Both the position numbers and the translations under genes were made by a program. 64,000 nt of DNA, taken from the IMG/VR virus record IMGVR_UViG_3300044701_003953, positions 124,001-188,000 of that record. One strand, 5' to 3'. The stretch's first letter is position 1. Each line of letters opens with the position of its first letter. Under the pieces are notes generated by a model. The model was not told the DNA's origin. It was given only the letters and a program-made list of their open reading frames with translations, and ran no database searches. This document shows positions 47,741 through 57,447 of this stretch, one piece after another.

Positions 47741-48208
47741 TTACTTGATACCAAAATCCATTGGCGCTGGCTTAGCGACTGGTGGAATCGTTGGTGCTGG
47801 GTCTGCCGCTGGCATTGGTGCTGGCGCTGGTGCTGTGCTCGCCGTGTTGCCACCTAGCGGTGCGCTACCACTACCAAAGCTGGGTTTAGGCATAGCTGGT
47901 GCGTCTGTGGCTGATGAACCACCGGTGACTCCGGCCATCTTCTCTTGACCGCGGCTCCAAGCAGTGATACCAAGTACGGCACCCATAGCCATATGGAATA
48001 GACCTGCGCCTTGTAGCGTCAGTGGCTGCCATTGGCGGAATGCGTCGTTGGCCGCTTGTGTCTCCCAGAATTGGACGATGGTGAACATAACTGGAAATAC
48101 TATGAAGTCGAAAGCGCAGACTGTCATGTACATCATGGCCATCATTGGACGCCATTTTTTCTGCATCCAGTCTTCGGTTTTCTTGTCGGGTTTTGCTTGA
48201 TCGCTCAT
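47741..48208 (-). CDS. Holin of the GTA 3TM-like family
   Basis: KWRPMMAMMY...FDF..FP, WQPLTL.G.GLFH.AMGAVLG..AWSRGQEK; end of lysis cluster; TAAATA at 48229-48234. Confidence 0.7.
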   Translation of the reverse strand: MSDQAKPDKKTEDWMQKKWRPMMAMMYMTVCAFDFIVFPVMFTIVQFWETQAANDAFRQWQPLTLQGAGLFHMAMGAVLGITAWSRGQEKMAGVTGGSSATDAPAMPKPSFGSGSAPLGGNTASTAPAPAPMPAADPAPTIPPVAKPAPMDFGIK

Positions 48209-48245
48209 TGAATAGCTCCTTTTTTTAGTATTTACTAAAAATGGG

Positions 48246-48488
48246 CTATTTGTCGCTCGTGAGGGTGTAAGTTATGGGGCGATCGCTTTTGATGATAGTG
48301 GCTTTTTTAGTGCCATAATCTTGGTATATTATACAGTTATCGGCCTTTTCTTTGAACGCCGACACCCATACTGTGTAGAGCTCTCCGTTGAGCCAATACT
48401 GTAGCAAGAAGCGACTGCGGAACAGTTTCGCTAACCATCCCAACTCGGGGATCTCTGGGATGCTGATCGCTTCTTGATTGTCGCTCAT
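48246..48488 (-). CDS. Hypothetical protein
   Basis: 80 aa, overlapping start/stop. Confidence 0.6.
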   Translation of the reverse strand: MSDNQEAISIPEIPELGWLAKLFRSRFLLQYWLNGELYTVWVSAFKEKADNCIIYQDYGTKKATIIKSDRPITYTLTSDK

Positions 48489-48733
48489 AGTAGTGCTGGT
48501 AAATTAGTGACCAATTGGAATATCTTGGCTACTTGATACTCTTCGTCGGCGGTACGGCACATGCCTTTGAGAGTCTCGATGTCTGCCATCAAGTCGTTGT
48601 ATTCGTTTTGCGAGATTTCGCGATTAGCCAATGCTTGACCATAGATTATAGCCTTCCCGGCGAATTCAGCGATAGCTGAATTTTCATGTGCGCAGAATAT
48701 GTTGAGTTCTGCGATAGTCTGTTCAAAGCTCAT
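48485..48733 (-). CDS. Hypothetical protein
   Basis: 82 aa, overlapping start/stop. Confidence 0.6.
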   Translation of the reverse strand: MSFEQTIAELNIFCAHENSAIAEFAGKAIIYGQALANREISQNEYNDLMADIETLKGMCRTADEEYQVAKIFQLVTNLPALL

Positions 48734-49131
48734 TCTCTTTTCTCCCCACTAGATGATCGCAGTATCTCTGCGGCCTTGACTATGTTCTTGCTACGCTCTT
48801 TACAAAAGAATGCTGACATGGTTTCTCGCTTGGCTGTGTCCTCGACCATGCTCAATAACTTGCCATTGAGTTCTAAGGTGCGTTTGTTATAAGGACGACC
48901 TTCTAAGTATGCTTGGTGATACTTTAACTGGGAAGCCATGTGTGTGATAGTGGCTTTATAATCACCGGGCGTCGAGCATTTGGCTTCTAGTCCACGGGCT
49001 GTGACTAACTGTGCTACCGCACGATCATACTCGATGGGATCATAGTTGTGATAGTTGCCCATGATACCATCGATCAATGTTGAGCAACCTGTCAGTACTA
49101 CGAATATTGGGACGATCAACAGCTTTTTCAT
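48730..49131 (-). CDS. Lipoprotein
   Basis: MKKLLIVPIFVVLTGC lipobox. Confidence 0.8.
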   Translation of the reverse strand: MKKLLIVPIFVVLTGCSTLIDGIMGNYHNYDPIEYDRAVAQLVTARGLEAKCSTPGDYKATITHMASQLKYHQAYLEGRPYNKRTLELNGKLLSMVEDTAKRETMSAFFCKERSKNIVKAAEILRSSSGEKRE

Positions 49132-49141
49132 TTTTCTCTCC

Positions 49142-49300
49142 CTACCAATGTCTTATAACACCAGCGATAATAAAAATATTAGTAACAATATAGAATAGAA
49201 CGATAACAGTTCGTACCAGCGCCACCCTGTCTGCTTCTTGTTCGTCCTTGCCACTCTTTTCTCCTAGAGCCTTGGCCCACACACGCCAGAGAGATTTCAT
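49142..49300 (-). CDS. Small phage membrane protein, 52 aa (absent from ORF track)
   Basis: MKSLWRVWAKALGEKSGKDEQEADRVALVRTVIVLFYIVTNIFIIAGVIRHW; ATGA overlap. Confidence 0.8.
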   Translation of the reverse strand: MKSLWRVWAKALGEKSGKDEQEADRVALVRTVIVLFYIVTNIFIIAGVIRHW

Positions 49301-49719
49301 TTCTTGGAGTCGTCTTTTTTAGGCTCGTAATATTCTTTGTATTTGATGATGATAGCTCTTTGTGTGTTAATCAGATTCCTGAGGTCACCGATCGTCATCG
49401 CTAATTGCTGATAACCATCACTGGTTATAGCGAATAACACTACATCTTGGCCTTTTTCTTCGAGTTTCTTGAAAACGGCATCTGCGTTCTCCGGTGTGAC
49501 TACCATCCATTCGATCGGCTTGGTCTTGATCGGATCAGGAAGAGGAATATCTAGGTTGGTTCTTTCGACCGGCTTGGTCGTTATCTCAATAGGCTTTTCT
49601 CTCTTACCGAAGAGATCAAAACTGGCGCATCCGCTGAGACTACTGACCAGAAACAGGCTGGTAGTTAGGATTAGCCAACGAGGGACATTCTTTGTTGATT
49701 TCACTTGGTTTAGTTGCAT
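49297..49719 (-). CDS. o-spanin-like lipoprotein
   Basis: LSGC lipobox, Pro-rich segment, overlaps the i-spanin end; exact start uncertain. Confidence 0.7.
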   Translation of the reverse strand: MQLNQVKSTKNVPRWLILTTSLFLVSSLSGCASFDLFGKREKPIEITTKPVERTNLDIPLPDPIKTKPIEWMVVTPENADAVFKKLEEKGQDVVLFAITSDGYQQLAMTIGDLRNLINTQRAIIIKYKEYYEPKKDDSKK

Positions 49720-50140
49720 TTTTCTCTGTGTCCGTTAAAGGTGCGCCGCTGGCTATTTCTAGACAACGGAGTGCGTTTACGGTACCTCGGTTGATAGCAC
49801 GTTCTAGACTAGACGGCTTGGCCGCGGCTGTCTTTCCGAAGTCTCGTTTTTGACCATTGGCACTAGTATTGAATCTGTCAGAGAGATTCTGTAGATCCTT
49901 GTTCTGTAACTTTATGGTCGTGTTGAGTTCGGAGTTGATATCTTTTATTTTTTGTGCGTCTGCCTGGACTTGTTTGATCGCTTCTTGCTGTTGCTGTACA
50001 GCCTCGGTGAGTTTTTTAGTGTTCTCTTGGCTGATGGCCAGATCCGCACGAAGTCCAGTGACGTACCACAAACCACCGGCGCATACTAGCACGATGACTA
50101 GTGCGACGATGGCTTTGACGACGGCACTTATCCCGAACAT
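49640..50140 (-). CDS. i-spanin-like protein
   Basis: Single N-terminal TM helix, long coiled coil, C-terminal Cys residues; directly after the endolysin. Confidence 0.7.
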   Translation of the reverse strand: MFGISAVVKAIVALVIVLVCAGGLWYVTGLRADLAISQENTKKLTEAVQQQQEAIKQVQADAQKIKDINSELNTTIKLQNKDLQNLSDRFNTSANGQKRDFGKTAAAKPSSLERAINRGTVNALRCLEIASGAPLTDTEKNATKPSEINKECPSLANPNYQPVSGQ

Positions 50141-50142
50141 GA

Positions 50143-50772
50143 TCAGACGTTATCGTAAAGTATGTTCAAGCAATGGATCAGATGCTGTTTGCGATCTTCC
50201 AAGCCAATGGTGCCACCGTTGATTCGTTTGGTCATCTTGGTGTTGTCACGCTCGTCGGCCATAGCATTGAGACCGTTCTTGTACCAGAACCAGCAAGCAG
50301 ATTCTACGGCACCACGTAATGTCTCTAGATACTCGACTACGCTGTCGATGTCTGCTCCGATGTCGGCAGCAAATCTTGCGTAATTGTCATGACCAGTCAA
50401 TTGGATAGCACCACGTCCGCGATACTTCCAACCATCACCGGACGCTTCGTCGCCGTTGCCCATGCGGTTAGCATAAGCGCGGTTAGCGATAGCTTCTGGA
50501 TTGCGATTATATTGATCCTTGTTGGATTCATTGAAGTAACGTGGCCATACGCGGCAAAGCGAATCACCAGAGTAGTTCAAGTTTTCTTTAAGGATAGTGA
50601 AGTCGGCACTCTCGTGCCCGCATTGTGCCAAGAAGGCGGCTACGCGGTCGCGTGTGACGATTTCGTATTTAGGGAGCAGTTCGCACATGACGGCATAGAG
50701 TTCTGTGACGTCGGGGTTACGATGTAAGCATTCTGTTAGTTTTTCTTGGGTAAAGTCAAAATCGAAGCTCAT
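50143..50772 (-). CDS. Glycoside hydrolase family 19 endolysin
   Basis: AAFLAQCGHES, YRGRGAIQLTG..NY, SACWFW, INGG.IGL.DR; TAAATA at 50806-50811. Confidence 0.92.
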   Translation of the reverse strand: MSFDFDFTQEKLTECLHRNPDVTELYAVMCELLPKYEIVTRDRVAAFLAQCGHESADFTILKENLNYSGDSLCRVWPRYFNESNKDQYNRNPEAIANRAYANRMGNGDEASGDGWKYRGRGAIQLTGHDNYARFAADIGADIDSVVEYLETLRGAVESACWFWYKNGLNAMADERDNTKMTKRINGGTIGLEDRKQHLIHCLNILYDNV

Positions 50773-50800
50773 GTTTGTATACCTCAGGTTAAAATTTTGA

Positions 50801-51613
50801 TTAAGTATTTAGCCCTTTTGTTGCGAGCCAATGTTTCCAACGATCGAATTGGTCAGCCGTGATGAGTTTGCGGGCTTCTCGGTGTATGCTGACAGTCAGC
50901 GTATCTTCGCGTTTCATTTCCTCAAATAATCTTTCAAAATCGTGTTCTTCGCCATGTGTGATATTGACCGGGCGGAATCGCTGTGTCTGGCTATAAGGGC
51001 TGTAATCTTTGTGTATCATCAATACCATGGCAGAATAGAGATTAAACTCAGTTATGAAGTTTGGCTCCATGACGTTTTCGCAGAAAAATTCTACCAAGTT
51101 GGGTTTGGCGTAATGTCCGATGGTGTTCACGACCCGCCGATCCATGAGATACGGGACACCGCCCGGGCCGACTATCTGATCGATATAAGGTAACCCAAAG
51201 TGCTCGAGCAAAAACCTCCAACCATGCTCAAACACTGGCTGTATTTTTTGTGTCCTTATGTCGATCTTGCCATCGGGCCCGATGAAGGTATCTAAAGAAA
51301 ATTCTCGCACGAACCAAGTCTTGGTGTCTAATACCAACGCCCACTCAGTCGATTCTTTAGCGGCCATGATCTTAGAGATCTGTTGTTGATCCCAGCCAGA
51401 TGACATTTTAGGTATGCCGTAATATGTGTAATGCTTTATGTCTACGCGGTCTTGATATCTACCCCACCATGCGGGGTCTATCACGTAATCGTCGTCGTCA
51501 TTGATGACCACACGTATGCGATTTATATCACGTGCGTATAAGTGTATGCTTTGTGCTTGTGTTTTTAATAGATCTAGTTCGTCACGGAATACTACCGTGA
51601 CTAGGTCCATCAT
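50801..51613 (-). CDS. Glycosyltransferase-like (DUF6492-like) protein
   Basis: GWDQQQISKI, LVLDTK, ITEFNLY. Confidence 0.5.
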   Translation of the reverse strand: MMDLVTVVFRDELDLLKTQAQSIHLYARDINRIRVVINDDDDYVIDPAWWGRYQDRVDIKHYTYYGIPKMSSGWDQQQISKIMAAKESTEWALVLDTKTWFVREFSLDTFIGPDGKIDIRTQKIQPVFEHGWRFLLEHFGLPYIDQIVGPGGVPYLMDRRVVNTIGHYAKPNLVEFFCENVMEPNFITEFNLYSAMVLMIHKDYSPYSQTQRFRPVNITHGEEHDFERLFEEMKREDTLTVSIHREARKLITADQFDRWKHWLATKGLNT

Positions 51614-52176
51614 CGGATACCGGCGGCGATCCTTAGACTCTCGGTATATTCGTTTTTAGGAGCTTGAGATTCTACAGGTAGGCCGGCCGCCAGCTTGATG
51701 TCATTGATTTCTTTTTCTCCAACGCGACTAGCGTATTCGTCAGCGGTAGTTGGCACCACTTTAGAGATTTCTTCGCTAGTGACAGCGAATTCGCCGGGAA
51801 CTCGATGATAATGGAAATGCCATTCGCTGATGTCTTGGGATGTGAGATTAACGAGATCATTGAGCAGGCTCACGATGTTGTCGGGCAAGTCTGCGTCTCG
51901 CTCGATCTCAACGAATACCAAGTAGTCACCGTCGTCCATCTCACCAGAGCTGACATCGGCGTCGATGACCCAGCTGTAGCCTTTTTCCACGAATGATGCC
52001 AGATCCTGTGCGGGGTCTTTGCCTGAGACTTTGAAACTGAGCACACAGACATCTTCGTCGCGGCCCATCTTGCTGCGGAACTCGTCGATGTGCAGTTCGG
52101 GATGGACTAGTCGAGCTAGGTCGCCTTGCTCGTTGCCTTCGGTGATGATGTTAGGCTGCTGGTTGTTGCTCGGCAT
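51610..52176 (-). CDS. Hypothetical phage protein
   Basis: Probable start MPSNN at 52176. Confidence 0.65.
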   Translation of the reverse strand: MPSNNQQPNIITEGNEQGDLARLVHPELHIDEFRSKMGRDEDVCVLSFKVSGKDPAQDLASFVEKGYSWVIDADVSSGEMDDGDYLVFVEIERDADLPDNIVSLLNDLVNLTSQDISEWHFHYHRVPGEFAVTSEEISKVVPTTADEYASRVGEKEINDIKLAAGLPVESQAPKNEYTESLRIAAGIR

Positions 52177-52690
52177 TTTCCTGACCTTCTTCACTTTGAT
52201 AGACATCCTCGTCGGCACCAGTTTCGTAGGCCTGCTCGATGTCCTCGGCGTCGATGCTTTCGCCTTCGAGCTCGAGGCTACCACGGTGTATCTCTTGCAT
52301 GAGACGCTTGGGCATGACTATCTCGACCAGCCACACAGGAACGTGCTTCATCTTGGGCATCTTGGTGCCGGCTTCGAAATCGTCGAGGGATTCTATTTTT
52401 TGTGGCACTTCCAGCTGATCTTTTTTGTAAAACACTTCGCAGCCGTACTCTAAGAGACGCTCGCCGCCCCTGGGGTCGGGCATCATCTTGTAGGGCCACA
52501 TGAACACACAAGTCACGAAATACTTTTCGTAGTGTGGTCCCTGTACCAGCTCACCTTTTTTCCAGTTGTCAAAAACATAGATGTCGAGCTCGTCGATCAC
52601 ACGCTCAAAATCTAGGAGCGTGTTGAGACTGCTGTCGGTGAGATAGATCTCTCGGGTGTTTTCAATGATGTCTGCGATACTTTGTGCCAT
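52151..52690 (-). CDS. Hypothetical phage protein
   Basis: 179 aa; ATAAATA at 52698-52704. Confidence 0.7.
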   Translation of the reverse strand: MAQSIADIIENTREIYLTDSSLNTLLDFERVIDELDIYVFDNWKKGELVQGPHYEKYFVTCVFMWPYKMMPDPRGGERLLEYGCEVFYKKDQLEVPQKIESLDDFEAGTKMPKMKHVPVWLVEIVMPKRLMQEIHRGSLELEGESIDAEDIEQAYETGADEDVYQSEEGQENAEQQPAA

Positions 52691-52728
52691 AGTACTGTAT
52701 TTATGCTGATCTAGTTTTTGTCAAGCAT

Positions 52729-52756
52729 AAAAAAATGCCCCTTGCGGGGCATTTTT
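52729..52756. terminator. Intrinsic terminator after the tctC-like genes
   Basis: AAAAAAATGCCCC-TTGC-GGGGCATTTTT. Confidence 0.88.
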
Positions 52757-53591
52757 ATTTGGCGACATAACTCTTGATATATCGATCAATCCACACTTCG
52801 ACACGATCTAGCAGTGCTTTATCGCTGGTGGTGGTTCTTGCTACATAATTTCCTTGGTCTAGTAGACCCACAAATCCCTTGGACTCTAGTGCCGACTTGA
52901 CTCGAGCACGTTGATCTGCGCTGTCAACGCCATTGACTAATACCGTGACAGGGATACGCAAATCGGGAATTTTCATCTTAAGCTGTTTTCCGATGTAGTT
53001 TTGATCCACAGGATTGGTACTGGCCACACATTCAATGGCACCCGAGGACTCTTGTTTCTGCGCAGCAGAAGCACCCAATAGGCCTAGGTCAAGGTCGCCG
53101 CTCATGATCTGCAGCAAGACATCCTTGCTGCCTGAAAATGGTAGAGCTTTGATGCTGGTGCCATTTTGTGCATTGATGTCAGCCACGATGGGTCCGGGTT
53201 GCATCACTGATGGAATACCAAAAGTGGCATTGGCAGAACGGAAATTCTTGCCGGATCCTTTTTTGGTGCAGATCTTGAAAAATTGTTCGCCGTAAAACAC
53301 GATGTTCTTTTCTGTGATCTGTGGTTTGCAAATCTGCCCTTTGGCAACAGATGCAAAAGCCAGGCTGGTGCCATACACCAGAACACTGTCCTTGGTATCC
53401 TGGAACTTCTTGACGCCGTCGAGACAACTATCAGCTTGGTAAAACTTCGAGCCCGCAAGATTTTCTTGAAGAGTCATAGCAACAGTAGTGGTTGGACTGT
53501 TCCTTGATGAAGTAGAAATCACTGTGATGTCGGAGGCTTGAGCCATCAAGGGCATAAAGGCAGCAATTACAGCCAATTTGATTTTTTTCAT
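52755..53591 (-). CDS. tctC: Divergent TctC/Bug-like periplasmic binding protein (copy 2)
   Basis: Signal peptide; LPFSGSKDVLLQIMSGDLDLG resembles Bug VPY.G....DLL.G.VD; follows tctA. Confidence 0.6.
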   Translation of the reverse strand: MKKIKLAVIAAFMPLMAQASDITVISTSSRNSPTTTVAMTLQENLAGSKFYQADSCLDGVKKFQDTKDSVLVYGTSLAFASVAKGQICKPQITEKNIVFYGEQFFKICTKKGSGKNFRSANATFGIPSVMQPGPIVADINAQNGTSIKALPFSGSKDVLLQIMSGDLDLGLLGASAAQKQESSGAIECVASTNPVDQNYIGKQLKMKIPDLRIPVTVLVNGVDSADQRARVKSALESKGFVGLLDQGNYVARTTTSDKALLDRVEVWIDRYIKSYVAK

Positions 53592-53594
53592 TTA

Positions 53595-54422
53595 TTATTT
53601 CCCGTAGTTTGAATGAGATCGTTGGATATATGCATTTACATTCTTTACCAGTTCCTCGGAACCTTGGTAAGTCACATTTGCATACTCACCTTTATTTAAT
53701 AGAGTTTTTACGTCGTTGGAAATAATTCCTTGTTGTACCAGAGACAGAGCCTTGCTATCTTTGATGTTGTGAAGTATCAAAGTTTGTATGCGGATATCGG
53801 GCTGTTTCATTTTCAAAGCACTACCTAAAAACTTCGAGCTTTTGGGATCTGTGGATGCGATACACTCGATGGTGCCTAGTTTTTCCTGGGAGGCTGCGGT
53901 GCTGGTTCCGATCAGACCGAGATCAAGGTCGCCGCTCATGATCTGCAGCAAGACATCCTTGCTCCCGGCAAAAGGCACAGGGCGTAGCGTAGTGGCGTTT
54001 TGTGCATTGATGTCGGCCACGATGGCGTCTACAGGTTGCACAGAGGCCATCCCAAAAGTGGCATTGGCAGAACGGAAATTCTTGCCGGATCCTTTTTTGG
54101 TGCAGATCTGATAGTACTGCTCGCCATAGAACAAGATATTATTGGCTCGGATACTGGTGTCACAGGGTTTGTTTTTTCTCAAACCCGTGATGGCCAAATT
54201 GGTTCCATAGACTAGTAGACTGTTGTTGGTGCTTTCATATTTGGCCACAGCAGCCTGGCAGCTTTCGCCCTGATGGTACGCACTACCAGGGATATTTTTT
54301 TGCACAGTCATGGCCAAAGTGGCCACCGGCGATGTTTTTGCTTGTGGATTGATTACAAGGGTTTCAGCAGCTACCGAGACCAGCGGCAGGCATGCTAGAG
54401 CGGATAAGATGATTTTTTTCAT
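53595..54422 (-). CDS. tctC: Divergent TctC/Bug-like periplasmic binding protein (copy 1)
   Basis: Signal peptide; VPFAGSKDVLLQIMSGDLDLG. Confidence 0.6.
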   Translation of the reverse strand: MKKIILSALACLPLVSVAAETLVINPQAKTSPVATLAMTVQKNIPGSAYHQGESCQAAVAKYESTNNSLLVYGTNLAITGLRKNKPCDTSIRANNILFYGEQYYQICTKKGSGKNFRSANATFGMASVQPVDAIVADINAQNATTLRPVPFAGSKDVLLQIMSGDLDLGLIGTSTAASQEKLGTIECIASTDPKSSKFLGSALKMKQPDIRIQTLILHNIKDSKALSLVQQGIISNDVKTLLNKGEYANVTYQGSEELVKNVNAYIQRSHSNYGK

Positions 54423-54440
54423 GGTATTTTTCCTTTTGAA

Positions 54441-55727
54441 TCAGATAGTGGAGATGACCTGTAGAGCAGTCCATATGACTTTGTCCCCCAGGATAAACGC
54501 GAATAGCATGGGAATAGGATCGATGTTCTTTTTATCTAGTGCATAACCGATCGCGCTAAAAAACAAGAACAAGCAAACATATTTCAATGCTCCCAACTCT
54601 GAATAGTAGAAATCTATCAACCCCAGGCCTGCTATCAACAACAACAGTATGAATCTAAATCTCGACTGTAGAAACAACAGGGCACGAGCATAGACGTCCA
54701 ACAAACTGGTACTCAGGAAGTAGTAGATCACAGCCAGCAACACACAGGCCAGTTGTATGGTCAACAACATACGACCCACTTCTTCGAGATTGGCCAGGTC
54801 CGGCCAGTCAATGAGTTTGGTCTGCAGGATCTGTAACACTATGACTTCACCCACAGTGATGGGTATGCCCACGATCAACAACGGTAACATGCTAGTGATC
54901 ATGGCCGAGTTGTTGGCCGATTCTGCCGAAGTGACTTTTTTACTCAAATCTTTTTCGGTGTGGAACGCCAAGTTGCTGCTCAAAGTCGCCGACGGTCCTG
55001 GTATGAGCCCGATCATGCTGCCAATGACGCCGCCTTTGACAGCACTGGTCCATGGCATATCACCAATCACAGATTCAGCATTACGAGATTGCCATATTTC
55101 ACTGTCATATTTTTTAAACAGCTCGGGCACGATCAACAAGCCCAAGGCCATGGAAAAAAACGTGGTGTTCTGGAAAGTCTCTTGTAAGTGATACCAGGCT
55201 TCTGGCAAAGCATAATTGTTTTTTGGGCCCAGTAGAATACCAAACATCACTAACACCAATGCCACCGGTCTGTTTTTACTGAGTAATACAAAAAACAACA
55301 ATGCGAATCCGAAGATCACGGCCTTGACCCAGATTTTGTTGAACCAAAACATGAAATCGTACGACCCCAGCACAAACACAGCCACACATGCCACTGATGC
55401 AGCCACAGATGCTACCACTGATCCACGTGCGGTGTATTTGATCAGTTTGATACGATCTTTGATGCCCAAGGGTTTGATCGAATTCAAGTAGATCAAACTC
55501 GACGTTTCGCCAGGTACACCAGTGGTTATGGCAGCCACGCTGCCAAAATACTGCGACCCAATGATCACGGCTGCCCAGTATAGGAATATGTCAAACACCG
55601 ACATGAATTCCACAAACGGGAACATCAACATCATGCCCAAAGCAATAGGCATGGCCGGGAAAAGTCCTACCAACATCCCGGCCATGATTCCTGAAACAAA
55701 AGTTATGATTGTTGAAAGTTCGATCAA
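54441..55727 (-). CDS. tctA: TctA-family tripartite tricarboxylate transporter permease
   Basis: GSQYFGSVAAITTGVPGETSS, GLIPGPSATL, SAESANNSA, LIVGIPIT; polytopic; TTG start. Confidence 0.85.
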   Translation of the reverse strand: MIELSTIITFVSGIMAGMLVGLFPAMPIALGMMLMFPFVEFMSVFDIFLYWAAVIIGSQYFGSVAAITTGVPGETSSLIYLNSIKPLGIKDRIKLIKYTARGSVVASVAASVACVAVFVLGSYDFMFWFNKIWVKAVIFGFALLFFVLLSKNRPVALVLVMFGILLGPKNNYALPEAWYHLQETFQNTTFFSMALGLLIVPELFKKYDSEIWQSRNAESVIGDMPWTSAVKGGVIGSMIGLIPGPSATLSSNLAFHTEKDLSKKVTSAESANNSAMITSMLPLLIVGIPITVGEVIVLQILQTKLIDWPDLANLEEVGRMLLTIQLACVLLAVIYYFLSTSLLDVYARALLFLQSRFRFILLLLIAGLGLIDFYYSELGALKYVCLFLFFSAIGYALDKKNIDPIPMLFAFILGDKVIWTALQVISTI

Positions 55728-55785
55728 TTGATTTCTCTATTCGATGTAAAAATTTATCAATGGAAAATCACTGGTGCGCCCCACT

Positions 55786-56475
55786 TCAGTGGGTGGGTTT
55801 GAGAGCGCCGGTCTTGCTGGCCAAGATGAGTTGTGTGCGGTTCTGCACACCGTATCGTCGAATGATGGCCGATACATGACCTTTGACGGTGTCTTCGCTG
55901 ACCTGTAAGATCTCAGCTATCTTGCGATTGGGCAGGCCGCGTTGTGTGATCAACTTGAACACTTCGGCCTGGCGATCCGTGAGACCGATCTCTCGCTTGC
56001 GCACCACTGCTCGCTGGAGTTCGGGTTTGACCACGATGCTGGGCCAGTGGCTTTCACCGCGGGCCAGAGTCTGATATGCTGTCACTGAATGTTCAGCATC
56101 AAAGAATCGCATGCCCGGAATCACGCCTAGAACATCGTTGCGTTTGAGTTTGGCCAAGAGATCGGCGTCCAGGAGTTCGGGTACTACCACAGCGATGTCC
56201 ACCCGCTGGCGCTCGGCCACGAAGCGCGACAACGATGACAGCATGCTCAACACTTCGTCGATCATCATGTCATTGCGTTCCAGACAGTCCAAGCGGAACA
56301 CCACCAAGGCGTCCTCGGGCTCTTCGAGCTGGCGCATGAGATTGGGCCAGCCGGCTGTGATGGTTATGGCGATGCCTACCGCGGCATGATGGTCGACCAC
56401 ACGCTGGATAGACTCCAACTCGACCTCAGAATCGGTGCTGGGCGAGAAGTAAATGATTTTTCGGGATTTGGCCAT
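55786..56475 (-). CDS. LuxR/NarL-type HTH transcription regulator with degenerate receiver-like domain
   Basis: LTDRQAEVFKLI..GLPNRKIAEIL.VSEDTVKGHVSAI.R..GVQNRTQL. Confidence 0.88.
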   Translation of the reverse strand: MAKSRKIIYFSPSTDSEVELESIQRVVDHHAAVGIAITITAGWPNLMRQLEEPEDALVVFRLDCLERNDMMIDEVLSMLSSLSRFVAERQRVDIAVVVPELLDADLLAKLKRNDVLGVIPGMRFFDAEHSVTAYQTLARGESHWPSIVVKPELQRAVVRKREIGLTDRQAEVFKLITQRGLPNRKIAEILQVSEDTVKGHVSAIIRRYGVQNRTQLILASKTGALKPTH

Positions 56476-56619
56476 TTTGTTGATTTTACTATGACCTGGT
56501 GTTGCCTGTCAAGGCCGTAAATGCGGGTATGGAGGAATTTGGTTAGCCAAATATTTAGTAGTCAGTGACAAAAAAGAACTCTTCTGTTTTTATACGAGCA
56601 TATGGGTACCTAAATATCT

Positions 56620-57390
56620 GTGTCACTTCCGCCAAAGGAGGCACACTTGACCAAAAGAAAACATCGCGACTCATATTCGCATCATCCGCAAGCCCTTCAA
56701 CAACAGCACATAGACTACGAACATTATCGATCAAATCGACAAAATATACAGCTCATCCCTAAGAGTCTTGGGCAAGAGAGGTATATAGAGTTGCTGACCG
56801 ACCCAGCACGAACGATCATATTCGCCACAGGCCCAGCCGGTACTGGCAAGACCATGTTGGCGGTGTTGGCAGCACTGCGAGCACTCAAGAATGGCGAGTG
56901 CAAGAAGATAGTGATCACTAGACCGGCAGTGGGTGTAGATGACGAGAAGCACGGTTTCCTACCCGGAGACTTGAACCAAAAGATGGAACCCTGGACCCGT
57001 CCCATATTCGACTACATGGGCGAATATATGAGACCCCAGGAAATCGCAAGGATGCTAGACGAACAGATCGTGGAAATTTCCCCACTGGCATTCATGAGAG
57101 GACGCACATTTAAAAATGCGTGGATCATCGCAGACGAAATGCAGAATGCCACGCCCTCGCAGATGAAGATGCTGCTTACGCGACTCGGCGAAGGTTCCCG
57201 TATGGTAGTAACTGGTGACACGAAACAAGCAGATCGCCAGGACCCTGACAACGGACTACTTGATTTCAAGAAAATAGTAGCAGATTATGATGGAAAATTA
57301 CTACATATTTCCGGTGTAGAGTTTGATTATCGTGATATAAAGCGCCACCCAGCGGTGTCAGAAGTACTAAAACTTTACGGTGAAATCTAA
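56620..57390 (+). CDS. phoH: PhoH-like ATPase
   Basis: GPAGTGKT, ITRPAV, GFLPGDL..K..PW, PLAFMRGRT, DEMQN, GD.KQAD; TAAATA at 56611. Confidence 0.95.
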   Translation: MSLPPKEAHLTKRKHRDSYSHHPQALQQQHIDYEHYRSNRQNIQLIPKSLGQERYIELLTDPARTIIFATGPAGTGKTMLAVLAALRALKNGECKKIVITRPAVGVDDEKHGFLPGDLNQKMEPWTRPIFDYMGEYMRPQEIARMLDEQIVEISPLAFMRGRTFKNAWIIADEMQNATPSQMKMLLTRLGEGSRMVVTGDTKQADRQDPDNGLLDFKKIVADYDGKLLHISGVEFDYRDIKRHPAVSEVLKLYGEI

Positions 57391-57447
57391 AGGTTTTTGC
57401 CATAATCATAAATAAAGTTATCATATCACTCAATGGAGACTTCCCCA

